Made by a program: the position numbers and the translations under genes. A stretch of DNA of 64,000 bases, taken from the human T2T-CHM13v2.0 reference genome, Homo sapiens. Positions 45,550 to 64,000 of the stretch are shown piece by piece. Position 1 is the stretch's first letter; each line of letters starts with the position of its first letter. The stretch lies in the NCBI RefSeq assembly GCF_009914755.1, contig NC_060943.1; one strand, 5' to 3'. The notes under the pieces are model-generated. The model did no database searches and had not been told where the DNA came from. It worked only from the letters and a program-made list of their open reading frames with translations.

Positions 45550-45911
45550 CACCACATGAATCAGACACGTAAAGTTTTTAGGACAATGGCTGGCTTCAAG
45601 CCAGTGTGCAGTCCACACTATCATTAGGGATTCATGGCAAAGTAGGATGCTTACCTTCTGGGGGAGGATGTTCCCCTTGTGAACTTTCTTGCAGCCTCAG
45701 TAATCGGGCTGCAAAAGAGCAGAGGCAGGGGGAATGTTTAACTGTAAAGTCACTAGTTATAGAAAATACAGATTACCTGCAGCGACGTCTCTTTAATAGA
45801 AATGGCAGCCATGGGTTGGAGTCTGTTGATACGGGTTCTGGAGAGCTAATTTTGTACCCGTCTTCCAACTCTGTGCTCGGTGACCTCATGTTGGTAGCTT
45901 GAAATTTGCCA
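45550..45911. repeat. Intragenic duplication unit A (exon 11 plus flanks), paralogue of 56470-56815
   Basis: Shared flanks, e.g. aggacaatggctggc, aagtaggatgcttacc, ctgcaaaagag, tcttccaactctgtgctc. Confidence 0.92.
45655..45708 (-). CDS. PLA2G4C: PLA2G4C exon 11 (ARLLRLQESSQGEHPPPE), paralogue of exon 9
   Basis: ttttgcag| acceptor, |gtaag donor, 54 nt. Confidence 0.95.
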
Positions 45912-45914
45912 TGA

Positions 45915-50125
<4,211 letters not shown>

Positions 50126-50343
50126 AAAATCTTAATATTTAAAAATATTATTACCTAATAGTAGCAGTGTTGATCCTTATAATTAAAATATTGTACATGT
50201 TATAACTTTTTACTTGAGACCAAATCAAAATTCAATTTTTCCACATGTGCTGAAAATGCGATAGAAAGCTAAGTCCTGATACACGTCGGTTAGGTCAAGC
50301 TTCTGCTTCATCTTTTTCAAATTTTTGAATTGTCAATAAATAA

Positions 50344-53437
<3,094 letters not shown>

Positions 53438-53439
53438 CA

Positions 53440-56400
53440 GCAAACATGTTGGATTAGAGGCATTGCTGGCATACCCCTCCCACTTGGAAGGACAAAACAC
53501 TGTGTAGAGATTCACACTGTGAACTTTTTTTTCAAGAAGTGATTCAGGAATTAGACAGGAAATCTGAAGGAATCCACAGTCCCTTTGAAGGAAGTGACGG
53601 GCTGCAGCCTATACTGTGACTCAAGTGAAGGGCTGCGAGTCCCCAGGGTGTGAGATGGGGAAAGACTGTTTGCAGGACACACGCCCCCACCACACCAGGG
53701 AGCCTGAAAGTCCAGTCTCTGGGGTAAGGCCTTAACCCTATTCAGTGCAGGATATGACTTGGGGAGGTTCGTGGAATATAAGTAGGAGCTGTGGGAAGAA
53801 CCCTGCATGCACTCCCAGATCCCAGTATGGACCCAGGGAAGCCATTCCTTATTGTTCCTCACAGGGCACCCTGCAGTGGTCAGCCAAAAAGTTCAGGTGG
53901 GTGGTCGCAGGTTGAAAGAAGCCCCCAGCTGGGTTTCATGAGATAACTGTGGGTGGAGGTGAACTTCTCCACCCACATGGGGTGAATGAAAAGCAAGCTG
54001 CAGACACGTGTGCAGGACCCTGGCACATGGCTAGGTGGGATAGATGGGGAGGGGCATGGCCTGAGAGCAGTGGTTGCTATCTCTGCAGGGAAAGCTTATG
54101 ACTTGGGGGCATTTGCAAGTTCTGAGCACAGGCTGCCTGGAACTTAGCTCACCACTGCCAGTGGAACAGGGTGGGAGGGGATCTGCCTCGCCAAGTGTGT
54201 GGGATCCGCGTGGGGCTTACTGCCACCTGCCACTCCCCACTCCCTACACAAACTCTTCTGTGCAGCAGAGGCAGAAACATTCCTCTCTGGATTATCAGCA
54301 CATGGGTCTGAAAACCACCCCCACCCCCTGATACCCACAGGAGCTGCTGCTTGCCCTGCACAGGGAGAGTTAGAGCACAAAACTGCCTGACCCAGCCCAC
54401 ACCTGGCTTTGCCCTGCCACCCGCCCTGGTGGCTTTAATACAAAGGACGGAAACTTTTGGGAACTCTGTGGCTCTGCCCATTGCCTGAGAAACAAGAGTA
54501 GCCACCCTGGGCAACATAGGGCAAGTGAATATCCCACTGCTACTACTGCAGCTGGTGCTCCACCTGCTGGGTGGAGGCCAACCAACACAGTCCATGACAG
54601 CATCTCCTGGTAGGATAACACTGGGCCCAGGAAGGAGAAAATGGCTCTATGTCCTCAGCTATCACCACTGCATGCACCACTCTGGCTAACCAGGAGGTCC
54701 TGAGTCTGTCCACATGATCAGTTCATTACTACTATAACTAGCATTCAAGGAAGCCAACCTACTAAGGCTGTCCATCAGCAAGGAATCTCACAGAGCCTGT
54801 GTCTCTCTCCTGCCACCCCCATTAGAGCTGGTGCTGCTTCCCATTGCTGGGAGTCTCGAGGACAGGGGACATTACCGGATTCCTTGGAGACATTCCCAAG
54901 AACCAGCCTGAAGTGTGGCAGCTTCACTGGGTGGCTAGACCCAGAGGAACAATAACACTCACTGTAGTCTGGTGCTCAGTGACTCCTATCCTAGGGGAAT
55001 GGGGAGTGCACCACATCAAGGGAACACCCCATGGGACAAAAGAATCTGGACAGCAGGACTTGAAAATCAGATCTTTCTGCTGGTGGGAAGTTTCTTTCAG
55101 CAGGGACACAGTTTCAGTGCTGGGCTCAGCACGGAAAGCCCACAGCTCTAACCCAACCATCAGACAGCCCTGGTGTGCATGAAGGGTCTTGGATAAGGGG
55201 ATGTCTTTCCCCTCTCTTCCACTGCCACAGGCACAGTTGGGGTTTCTCCCATGGGAGCTCAGCATGGGTACAACTATAGACAGCCTTTCTGGAACATATC
55301 AGGGCGACTGCATCCCCACAGGAGGAGCCCCTCTAGGTTTAGGCTTGCATAAGAGACAGATTCACAGTTCCTCTCTACTCAGAACACCAACATTCCTACA
55401 GATGAAAAGAGGTGCCCGTCTGATCTGAATAGCTGGAGCACTGGATCACGAGTGTGTCTGAGAGATGGATGGCTTTCTGGCTGACCTGGCAGGGGAGCTG
55501 AGGTGGCTCCAACCCTTCTGCCTGATAAGACCACGGTGCACAGCCAGGCATGGTGGCTCACGGCTGTAATCCCAGCACTTTGGGAGGCCGAGGTGGGCGG
55601 ATCACCTGAGGTTGGGAGATCGAGACCAGCCTGACCAACACGGAGAAACCCCATCTCTACTAAAAATACAAAATTAGCTGGGCATGGTGGCAAGTGCCTG
55701 CAATCCCAGCTACTCAGGAGGCTGCGGCAGGAGAATTCCTTGAACCTGGGAGGCGGAGGTTGTGGGGTGAGCTGAGATCATGCCATTGTATTCCAGCCTG
55801 GGCAACAAGAGCCAAACTCTGTCTCAAAAAAAAAAAAAAAAAATCTCGATGCAACTCACTGAGAGCTCCTCCAGCCACCTCTGTCAAGGCTGGGACCTTT
55901 GCTCACCATTGGGTGTTGCATTTACTCACATGTTTTGGCCACAATCACTTCCTATGCACTCCCCTACAGACCTGAAGCCTGAACCATCAAACCAGTCAAT
56001 AAAATACTGGGAAAAAAATTGCATGCCTTGTGGGGAATGAGTTAAGCTTCAAGAGTCTTCTACCATTCCAGCCCTGTAGGCAACAGTGAACTTGCTCACA
56101 CAGTGAGCACATCGCTTCTACAACCAGCATATGAGAAAGCCATCACACGAAGACTCCCTATATCCAAGGAACTCTTACAATCTTCACCCCTGAAAGCACC
56201 AAGGACCAAATTAGGCTATAATTAGCTAGGGACATTAAAGTCACATCCTTAAGCGGAAAAAAGAAAAAAAAAAACACAGTCAAATCCAACATAAATTCAA
56301 GAATAATTAAAAGAAATAGTCTACTCAAATGAGAAGGAATCAGAAAAGTAACTTTGGTAATATGACAAAACATGGTTCTACAGCACCCCCAAAAGATCAC

Positions 56401-56466
56401 ACTACCTCTCCAGCAACAGATCCAAATCAAGATGAAATCTTTGAAATACCAGATAAAGAATTCAAA
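53440..56466 (+). mobile_element. L1PB-like 5'UTR plus ORF1 start, 3'-truncated, with Alu (+, 55542-55843)
   Basis: Ends in an L1PB-type ORF1 start: caaatgagaaggaatcagaaa...ccagataaagaattcaaa. Confidence 0.7.
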
Positions 56467-56469
56467 TGG

Positions 56470-56815
56470 GCACCAAATGAATCATACATGTAATGTTCCT
56501 AGGACAATGGCTGGCCTCAAGCAAGTGTGCGGTCCCCATTATCATCAGGGATTCATGATGAAGTAGGATGCTTACCTTTCAGGGTCAGATTCCTTAACTG
56601 GTCTGCAAAAGAGTAGAAGCAGGAGGAATGTTTATCTGTACAACAAAGTCCCTAGTTATAATATAAAAAATACAGATGACCTGCAGGGATATTTCATTAA
56701 TAGAAATGGCAGCCATGGGCTCCAATGGCAGCCAATGGCTCTCGAGAGCCAATTTTGCACCTCTCTTCCAACTCTGTGCTCAGTGACCTCATGTTGGTAG
56801 CCTGAAGTTGGCCAC
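56470..56815. repeat. Intragenic duplication unit A' (exon 9 plus flanks)
   Basis: Aligns to 45550-45911 at roughly 80-85% by eye. Confidence 0.92.
56576..56602 (-). CDS. PLA2G4C: PLA2G4C exon 9, 27-nt micro-exon (DQLRNLTLK)
   Basis: ttttgcag|ACCAGTTAAGGAATCTGACCCTGAAAG|gtaag. Confidence 0.93.
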
Positions 56816-57206
56816 AGTGGGAACATTTACACCACAGGAATTGGCAAACACTACATATCAGGAATTTTGTTTTTGTTTTTTAGAGAGAAAGCTTAGCAGA
56901 CCCACTGGAGAAGTAACACTCAGACCCATCTCACACCTTTAGTTAGCCATTTGGAGGTTGGATATAGATAGATTCCCTTTTTAGTTTTGTTTTTAACCAA
57001 GCTATGGTGAACACCAATGTCAAAGAACAACATCAGCCCGGGCGTGGTGGTTTATGCCTGTAATCCTAGCACACTGGGAGGCTGAGGCAGTGAATCACTT
57101 GAGGTCAGGAGTTCAAGACCAGCCTGGCCAACATGGTGAAATCCTGTCTCTACCAAAAATACAAAAATTAGCCAGGCACGGTGGTGCGCGCCTGTAGTCC
57201 CAGTTA

Positions 57207-57329
<123 letters not shown>

Positions 57330-57432
57330 TCAAAGTGTAAGAACTAGGACAGTGCCTGGCACACAGGAGGTCCCATGAATATACATTAAATGAATGACGA
57401 GTGGTTTAGGGTGTGAACTCAGTAATGATCCT

Positions 57433-58749
57433 AAAAATAAGATTAACATGTAATGAAACACTCCCATGTGTCAGGCTTGGCTCTAAGCATTTTACATACA
57501 TGAGGTCATTTAAACCCCACATCAAATATACGAGACTGCGACTACGTACTATTGTCTCCATTTTAGGAAGGGGAAATTGGGTCACAGAGAATTTAAGCAG
57601 CTTTCCAGAGTGAGCAGTGCAGGAGAAGCAGAGCCGGGATGTGGATCCAGGCAGACAGGCTTTGGATCAGAACCACCACACTATTCCCCTAGAGATCCAC
57701 CACCCAGTTCTCCTATAGATCCCCGCGTCTGCACTCACTGACCAGCAGTGTGGGTGAGTCACGCATCCTTCCCACGACTTGGTGGATCTCAGCAAAATGG
57801 AAGGGACAAAAGCGTCTGCCTCTTAGGGTATTAAAGGGGTTAAATGTTAAATGAGGGACCAGGTAATGATTGCTAATGTTTACTGAGTGCCGTTATCTAC
57901 CAGGCACTGTCCTACAAGCTTTCAATGAATTAACTCATCAAATATTCATAACTACTGTTATTATCACCCGCATGGCACAGAGGCAGAAACCGAGGCACAG
58001 AGAGGTTAAGTAACTTTTCGGAGGTCACAAAGCTTACATGTACCAGAGCAACATTCCTTCCAAGGGAGTCTGTACTCTCATCCACTCTGTGGTCATCCTG
58101 GCTGCCCAATTATATGAGAATAAATGTCAGGAAAAGCAGTTGCTAGAACAATTACACACAGGTCTCTCTTCTGCCATGAGTAGGAAAAGTACTGTGAATC
58201 TCCTTGCATAAAATATCTCTAGGCTTTGACCTTTCTGTTCCCCAAATACTCACCAAAAATGTATTCCCTAATGACTTCAGTGTTACCAAGAGCACTTCCC
58301 CATAAACCTGCCAAGAAAAGAGCAATAAAATTCAAACATTCTCCATCACGTGACTGTCATGTTTGATATTCAAAGCACCAGCAGACTGGCATAAAGCACT
58401 GCAGGGATCTGCAGCAGGAAGAAAGATCTTTCTTCCATTCCATAAATATTTATGAAGCAATTAGTGGGCACCCGGCACTCTTCTGGCTGTTGGAATAGAG
58501 CAGTAAACAAGACAGATAAAGTCCTTGTCCTCACGAACCTTCTATGGGTGGAGCCAGCCGGGCACTGTAGACTGGCTACCCCAAGGCCATTTCAAGCTCC
58601 TGTCCATGCCAACCCTTCTCAGCACACAGGCAGGAAGGGCAAATATTTCCCAGCCTCCCTTGCAGCTAGGGGACGGTCAAGCTCTGGTCCATGCACACTG
58701 CTGGGGGGACTTCTGCAAAGTGCTTGTTCTCCTTCTCAGAAGGAGCAGG
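57433..58749. repeat. Intragenic duplication unit B' (exon 8 plus flanks)
   Basis: Aligns to 51033-53437. Confidence 0.95.
58254..58307 (-). CDS. PLA2G4C: PLA2G4C exon 8 (GLWGSALGNTEVIREYIF)
   Basis: ggcag| acceptor, |gtgagt donor, 54 nt; conserved cPLA2 GxWGSA motif. Confidence 0.95.
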
Positions 58750-59048
58750 CCAGGTATGGTGGCATGCAACTCTAGTCTCAGCTACTTGGGAGGCTGAGGC
58801 AGGAAGATCACTTGAGGCCAGGAGTTCAAGACCTGTATTGGGCTATGACTGTGCTTTTGCACGGCAGCTTGAGTGACAGAGAGAGACCCTGACTTCCAAA
58901 AAAAAAAAAAAGTTGCAGTTTCATTGGATGCAGCCGCCATCCCGTGGTGTGGAGGAGTTCAGCATGAGGGTGACTTAATATGCTAAGGATGGAGGAGCAG
59001 AAAATCTAGAATAAACCTGGGTCCTTCTGCTTAATGTTGCACAGCTAA

Positions 59049-59258
<210 letters not shown>

Positions 59259-59971
59259 TAGAGACGGGGTTTCACCATGTTGGCCCGTCTGGTCTTGAAC
59301 TCTTGACCTCAAGTGATCTGCCCGCCTCGGCCTCCCACAGTGCTGGGATTTCAGCTGTGAGTCACGGTGCTCAGTCTGTCTTTTTCTTTTGTAAGAAAAT
59401 TAATCCCACATGTCCTCGGGGCACTGTGGTTGGTTAGTGACTTTTAGCCAAACACATTTGTATATGATACAGGGAGACATAAAAAATGAATAATCAGCCA
59501 GGCACGGTGGCTCACGCCTGTAATGCTAACACTTTGGGAGACTGAGGTGGGCGGATCAATTGAAGTCAGGAGTTTAAAGTCAGCCTGGCTAACATGGTGA
59601 AACCCTATCTCTACTAAAAAATACAAAAATTAGCCAGGCCTGGTGGTATGCACCTATAGTCCCAGCTACTTGGGAGGCTGAGGCAGGGGAATAACTTGAA
59701 CCTGGGAGGTTGCAGTGAGCAGAGATCACACAACTGCACTCCAGCCTGGGAGACAGAGTGAGACTCCATCTCAAAAAAAAAAAAAAAAAAAAAAAAAAAG
59801 ACACACCCATTAGGATGGCTGGTATCCAAAAAACCCCAGAAAACAATAAGTGTTGATGAGGACGTGGAGAAATTGGAAACCTGGGACACCATTGGGCAGA
59901 ATATAAAATGGTACAGCCACTGTGGAAAATGGTATGGTCGTTCCTCAAAAAAAAAATTTTTTTTTTTTTGA

Positions 59972-60064
<93 letters not shown>

Positions 60065-61603
60065 TAACTGGAATTACAGGCATGCACCACCATGCCCGGC
60101 TAATTTTGTATTTTTTGTAGAGATGGGGTTTCACCATGTTGGTCAGGCTGGTCTCCAACTCCCAACCTCAGGTGATCCACCCGCCTCGGCCTCCCAAAGT
60201 GCTGGGATTACAGGCATTAGCCACCACACCTGGCCTCAAAATTTTAAAAGTAGAATTACCACATACATGATCCAGCAATTCTACCTCTGAGTATATACCC
60301 AAAAGAATTGAAAGCAGGGTCTCAAAGAGATATTCATAGACCCATGTGCATGGCAGGTTCCTTCACAACAGCCAAAAGGTGAAAGCAATCCATGTGTCCA
60401 TCGATGGATGAATTGATAAGCAAAATGTGGTATATTCGTACAATGGAATATGATTCAGCCATAAAAAGAAAGGAAATTCAGACACATGGTACAACATGGA
60501 TGAACTTCGAAGTCATTTTCCTCAGTGAAATCAGACAGACACAAAAAGACGAGCACTGCATGATTCCATTTACATGTCATACTCAGAGTAGTCAAAATCG
60601 TAGAGGCAGAAGGTAGCATTGTGGTTGTCAGGGGCTAAGGGAGGGGGTGACAGGGACTTAGTATTCAATGGGCGTAGAGTTCCAGTTTTACAAGATGAAA
60701 AGTGTTATGGAGATGGATGGCAGTGATGGTTGCACAACATTATGAATGTATTGTATTTATACCACTGTACTTGACACTTTAAAATGGTTAAAATGGCAAA
60801 TTTTATGTTATGTTTATTTTATAATAATAAATAAAAAGCACCCTGGTGTGTGAGGGGAGGGATAAAATACACGTACAGAATCCCTTCAGTAGGTGATACA
60901 TACATCTAAGGAAATAATAATGTTATAGGGAGTACCTGGGAGTGACAATTTCAAAATCTCTGATGCCCAAGACCAGATTTAGCAAAGAGATGGTGGGGAT
61001 AGGAGACAGGAGCCAGGCTTGGCAATGTGAAGGACCCCGTCTGTCCAGACCAGAGAAAAGGGGAAGATCCCCTTCATCCTACCTTGTTCTCCTCCCCTGA
61101 GAACACCCCTCCATCTACCAGGTTGCAGAAGCTGGAACCTTTGATGTCATCTCTGATTCTCCTTACTCTCCACATCCAATCCAGGTGTAATTCTTCTTCA
61201 TCCATCTCCAGGTTTCCAGAGTCCATCCACTTCCCTCCCATATCCATTCTGGTACCCAACCTTAAACTGCCATTATCTGTCACCAGGACCATTAGCTTCT
61301 CAACTGCTCCCAACTTCTAAGTTTACACACCCACCCCTAATCCATGCTCAGAGAGAGAGAGAGAGAGTGAGATGTTTTACCATATAAACTGAATCGGTCA
61401 CCACCCTAATTAAACTGCCTCCCTGGCTCTCCTATCGCACTTGGAATCCAAACTAAACTTCATCTGTGTCCTTCAGGGTCCCATATGATCTGGACCCTGC
61501 CTACCTCTCTAGCCCTCTCTCTCAGCCTCATTCAGGAGGCTCCAGCCTCACTGGTCTTCTCATTGGTTCTAGAGTAAGACAAACTTGGTCCCGGCTTAGG
61601 GTC

Positions 61604-61974
61604 TGATATGGTTAAGCTTTATGTCCCCACCCAAATCTCTCGAGTTGTAATCCCCAGATGTTGAGGGAGAGACCTGGTGGGAGGTAATCAGATCATGGGG
61701 GCAGATCCCCCCATGCTGTACTCGTGATAGCGAGTGAGTTCTCACGAGATCTGATGGTTTGATAAGTGTTGGGCAGCTCTTCTTTGGCTTGCTCTTCTCT
61801 CTCCTGCTACCACTTGAAGAAGGTTCTTGCTTCCCTTTCACCTTCTGCCATGATTGTAAGTTTCCTGAGGCCTCCCCAGCCATGTGAAACTGTGAGTCAA
61901 TTAAACCTCCTTTGTCTACAAATTACCCAGTCTCGGGTAGTATCTTTATAGTAGTATGAAAACGGACTAATACA
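61604..61974 (+). mobile_element. THE1D/MSTA solo LTR
   Basis: tgatatggtt ... ggactaataca, with ggtc-like duplicated flanks. Confidence 0.85.
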
Positions 61975-62754
61975 GGGTCTCTGCATTTGCTCTTCCCTCT
62001 GTCCATGATGCTTTTCCTCTAAGATATCTGCATGGCTTCACTTTTCATCAGGTCCATGCTCAAAGGCCATCTCCTGTCAGAAGCTCTGACCACCAATTAA
62101 AAATAATACTGTAGTCACTCTCCAGTCCCTTACCATGAATTATTTTTCAAGATAGCATTTACTATGATCTGACATTATAATACATACTTATTTTTGTGTG
62201 TGTTCATTCATCATCTCCTTCCCTGGAGTGCAAACTTCATTAGGGAATGAGCCTTCACTGTCCTGCTCATGACTGAATCCCCTGCATTTAAAATAGTATC
62301 AGGCTCCTAGTGTGTCTCAAAAGTGTATGCTAAAATCATGGAGAGTCAACCATCCTTAATTTCCTACCATGTGCTGGACACTGGGCTGAGTGTTTTATTT
62401 GTGGATCATACCTAACTCTCACACCCACATTTTGAGGTAAGTACTTTCCCTATGAGAAAAACGAGGCTCAGGTAACATTAATGACTTTCTCAAGCTGGCA
62501 TGGTTGGTCCTATGTAGGGGAGCTGTCTGCCCAGCAGGGTAATGCCTTCAGACCCTGAATGCTGAGAAGATTATGAAGCCACAACTAAAAGTGATACCAG
62601 TGTGTAAGCTACAGTCAAGGACATTTAATCAAGTTCTGATTTTACTCACTATGACTGTTTTGTTTTTGGTTTTTGTTGTAATTTTTTCTGGAAATACCCC
62701 ATTTAAAAAAAATTGTATGCCCCTTGCTTTGCTGGTGCCCAAAACACATTCTAG

Positions 62755-63040
62755 TTTTTTGTTTGTTTGTTTGTTTGTTTGTTTGTTTTGAGACAAGATC
62801 TTTCTCTGTCATCCAGGCTGGAGTGCAGTGGGGCGATCATAACTCACTGCAGCCTTGAACTCCCATGCTGAAGTGATCCTTCCACTGCCTCAGCCTCCTG
62901 AGTAGCTGGGACCACAGGCACATGCCACAATGCCTGGCTAATTTTTAAATCTTGTGTAGAGACACAGTGTTGCTATGTTGCCGAGGTTGGTCTCAAACTC
63001 CCAGTCTCAAGGGATCCTCCCAGGTCAGCCTCCCAAAGCA
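62755..63040 (-). mobile_element. AluJ
   Basis: AluJ diagnostics. Confidence 0.85.
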
Positions 63041-63350
63041 CCATGTAATCCCAAACACATTCTGAATCTGCTTATTGGAAGCCACAGCCCTGGACTTGAG
63101 CCCCTCTATTAAGCTCCCTCTCCTGGATTGTTTGATAGGATATCAGGTATCTGCCGCATTAAGGAGACCTTTGAGAGACACTGAAGACTCAGCAGAAGGA
63201 ATACACCATTCCTCTTTCTGGAAGCCTACCAAGTCCTTTTCTTTCCCCCAAGAAATTTAAGAGCTGGGCAAACTAGACCCTCAGAAGGAAAATTCTTGCC
63301 TCTCCTCCACTTCCCACCCCCTTTTAATCCCCTCTGACCCCAGCGCTGAC

Positions 63351-63491
63351 CTCTCAGGAAAGTCAGGTCTCTCTCAGGGTGAGTTCTGACCAGTCTTCCC
63401 TTCTTGAATTTGCTTCCGAAGTGGGTTATGGAAACAAAGGCCCCCAGTGCAGGGAAGCCAGCGTGGTGAGGGGTGAACTCGAACCAGGTCT
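63351..63491 (-). CDS. PLA2G4C: PLA2G4C exon 7 (ETWFEFTPHHAGFPALGAFVSITHFGSKFKKGRLVRTHPERDLTFLR)
   Basis: ctgcag| acceptor, |gtcag donor, 141 nt; cPLA2-family W.EF.P and FGSKF motifs. Confidence 0.97.
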
Positions 63492-64000
63492 CTGCAGAGG
63501 AAATACAACGGCAAGTGAGTCCCAGCACAGAACCAGGAATGTAGCGGGTATGCAGGAAAAAGAAATCTATTAATGAGGAATTACAACCATGACAGGAGAA
63601 TGTTAGAGATGGACTGTGTGGTATCAGAAACCACTGGGGATCTCATCCTCAGACCTGAGTCTACGCTGCTGGTGGCAGCTCATAACTTCCACAGCAGCCT
63701 GTTTCCAATATTTTCCAGAGCTTGAACCCTCAGCCCTGCCTCTCTCTTCCATCTCATTGTGGCTGCAACTCCATGGAATCCTGGAGTGCAAGGGAAGAGT
63801 GTAGCCACACGATTGCATGGAGGATTGTCTGTGGGCATAAATCTAATGCATGATTCCAATGTGAGTCATTAGAATATTCCAGGGAAGAAAATGACATGAT
63901 CAGATTTTCATCCTGGAAACTTCCATCAGGTAGCCAGGGAAGGAGGTGGACAGCTTGGGATGGGCGGGCCAGTGAGGAACTAATTACAAGAGTCTCCCAG

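Overview
Human genomic DNA, recognisably chr19q13.33, dense in Alu, LTR and L1 repeats. It carries two minus-strand genes. CABP5 (retinal EF-hand Ca2+-binding protein 5) has coding exons 1-5 at 11775->613, and its last exon lies left of the window. PLA2G4C (cytosolic phospholipase A2 gamma) has its 3' part here, exons 7-17 at 63491->16204, ending in the CAAX box CCLA with a poly(A) signal at about 15730. All 16 exons were read with GT/AG ends and splice in frame. Exon numbering, residue numbering and repeat subfamily names come from memory and were not computed; repeat coordinates are approximate. The main observation is that PLA2G4C exons 8+9 and 10+11 are an intragenic tandem duplication. 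The introns next to exons 8 and 10 are about 97-100% identical, while the two exons differ at 16 of 54 nt, almost all non-synonymously. This pattern suggests gene conversion plus divergent selection building a new basic amphipathic helix. The same 43.7-56.5 kb interval holds several templated-insertion scars: a 382-bp direct L1 copy flanking exon 11, an inverted multi-template patch inside an Alu, and a fold-back hairpin. Other points are a 4-nt tandem donor that removes the CAAX box, an Alu target-site duplication that doubled a CRX/OTX2 motif in the CABP5 promoter, and a 1.5-kb higher-order (CAC/CAT)n VNTR in CABP5 intron 1.
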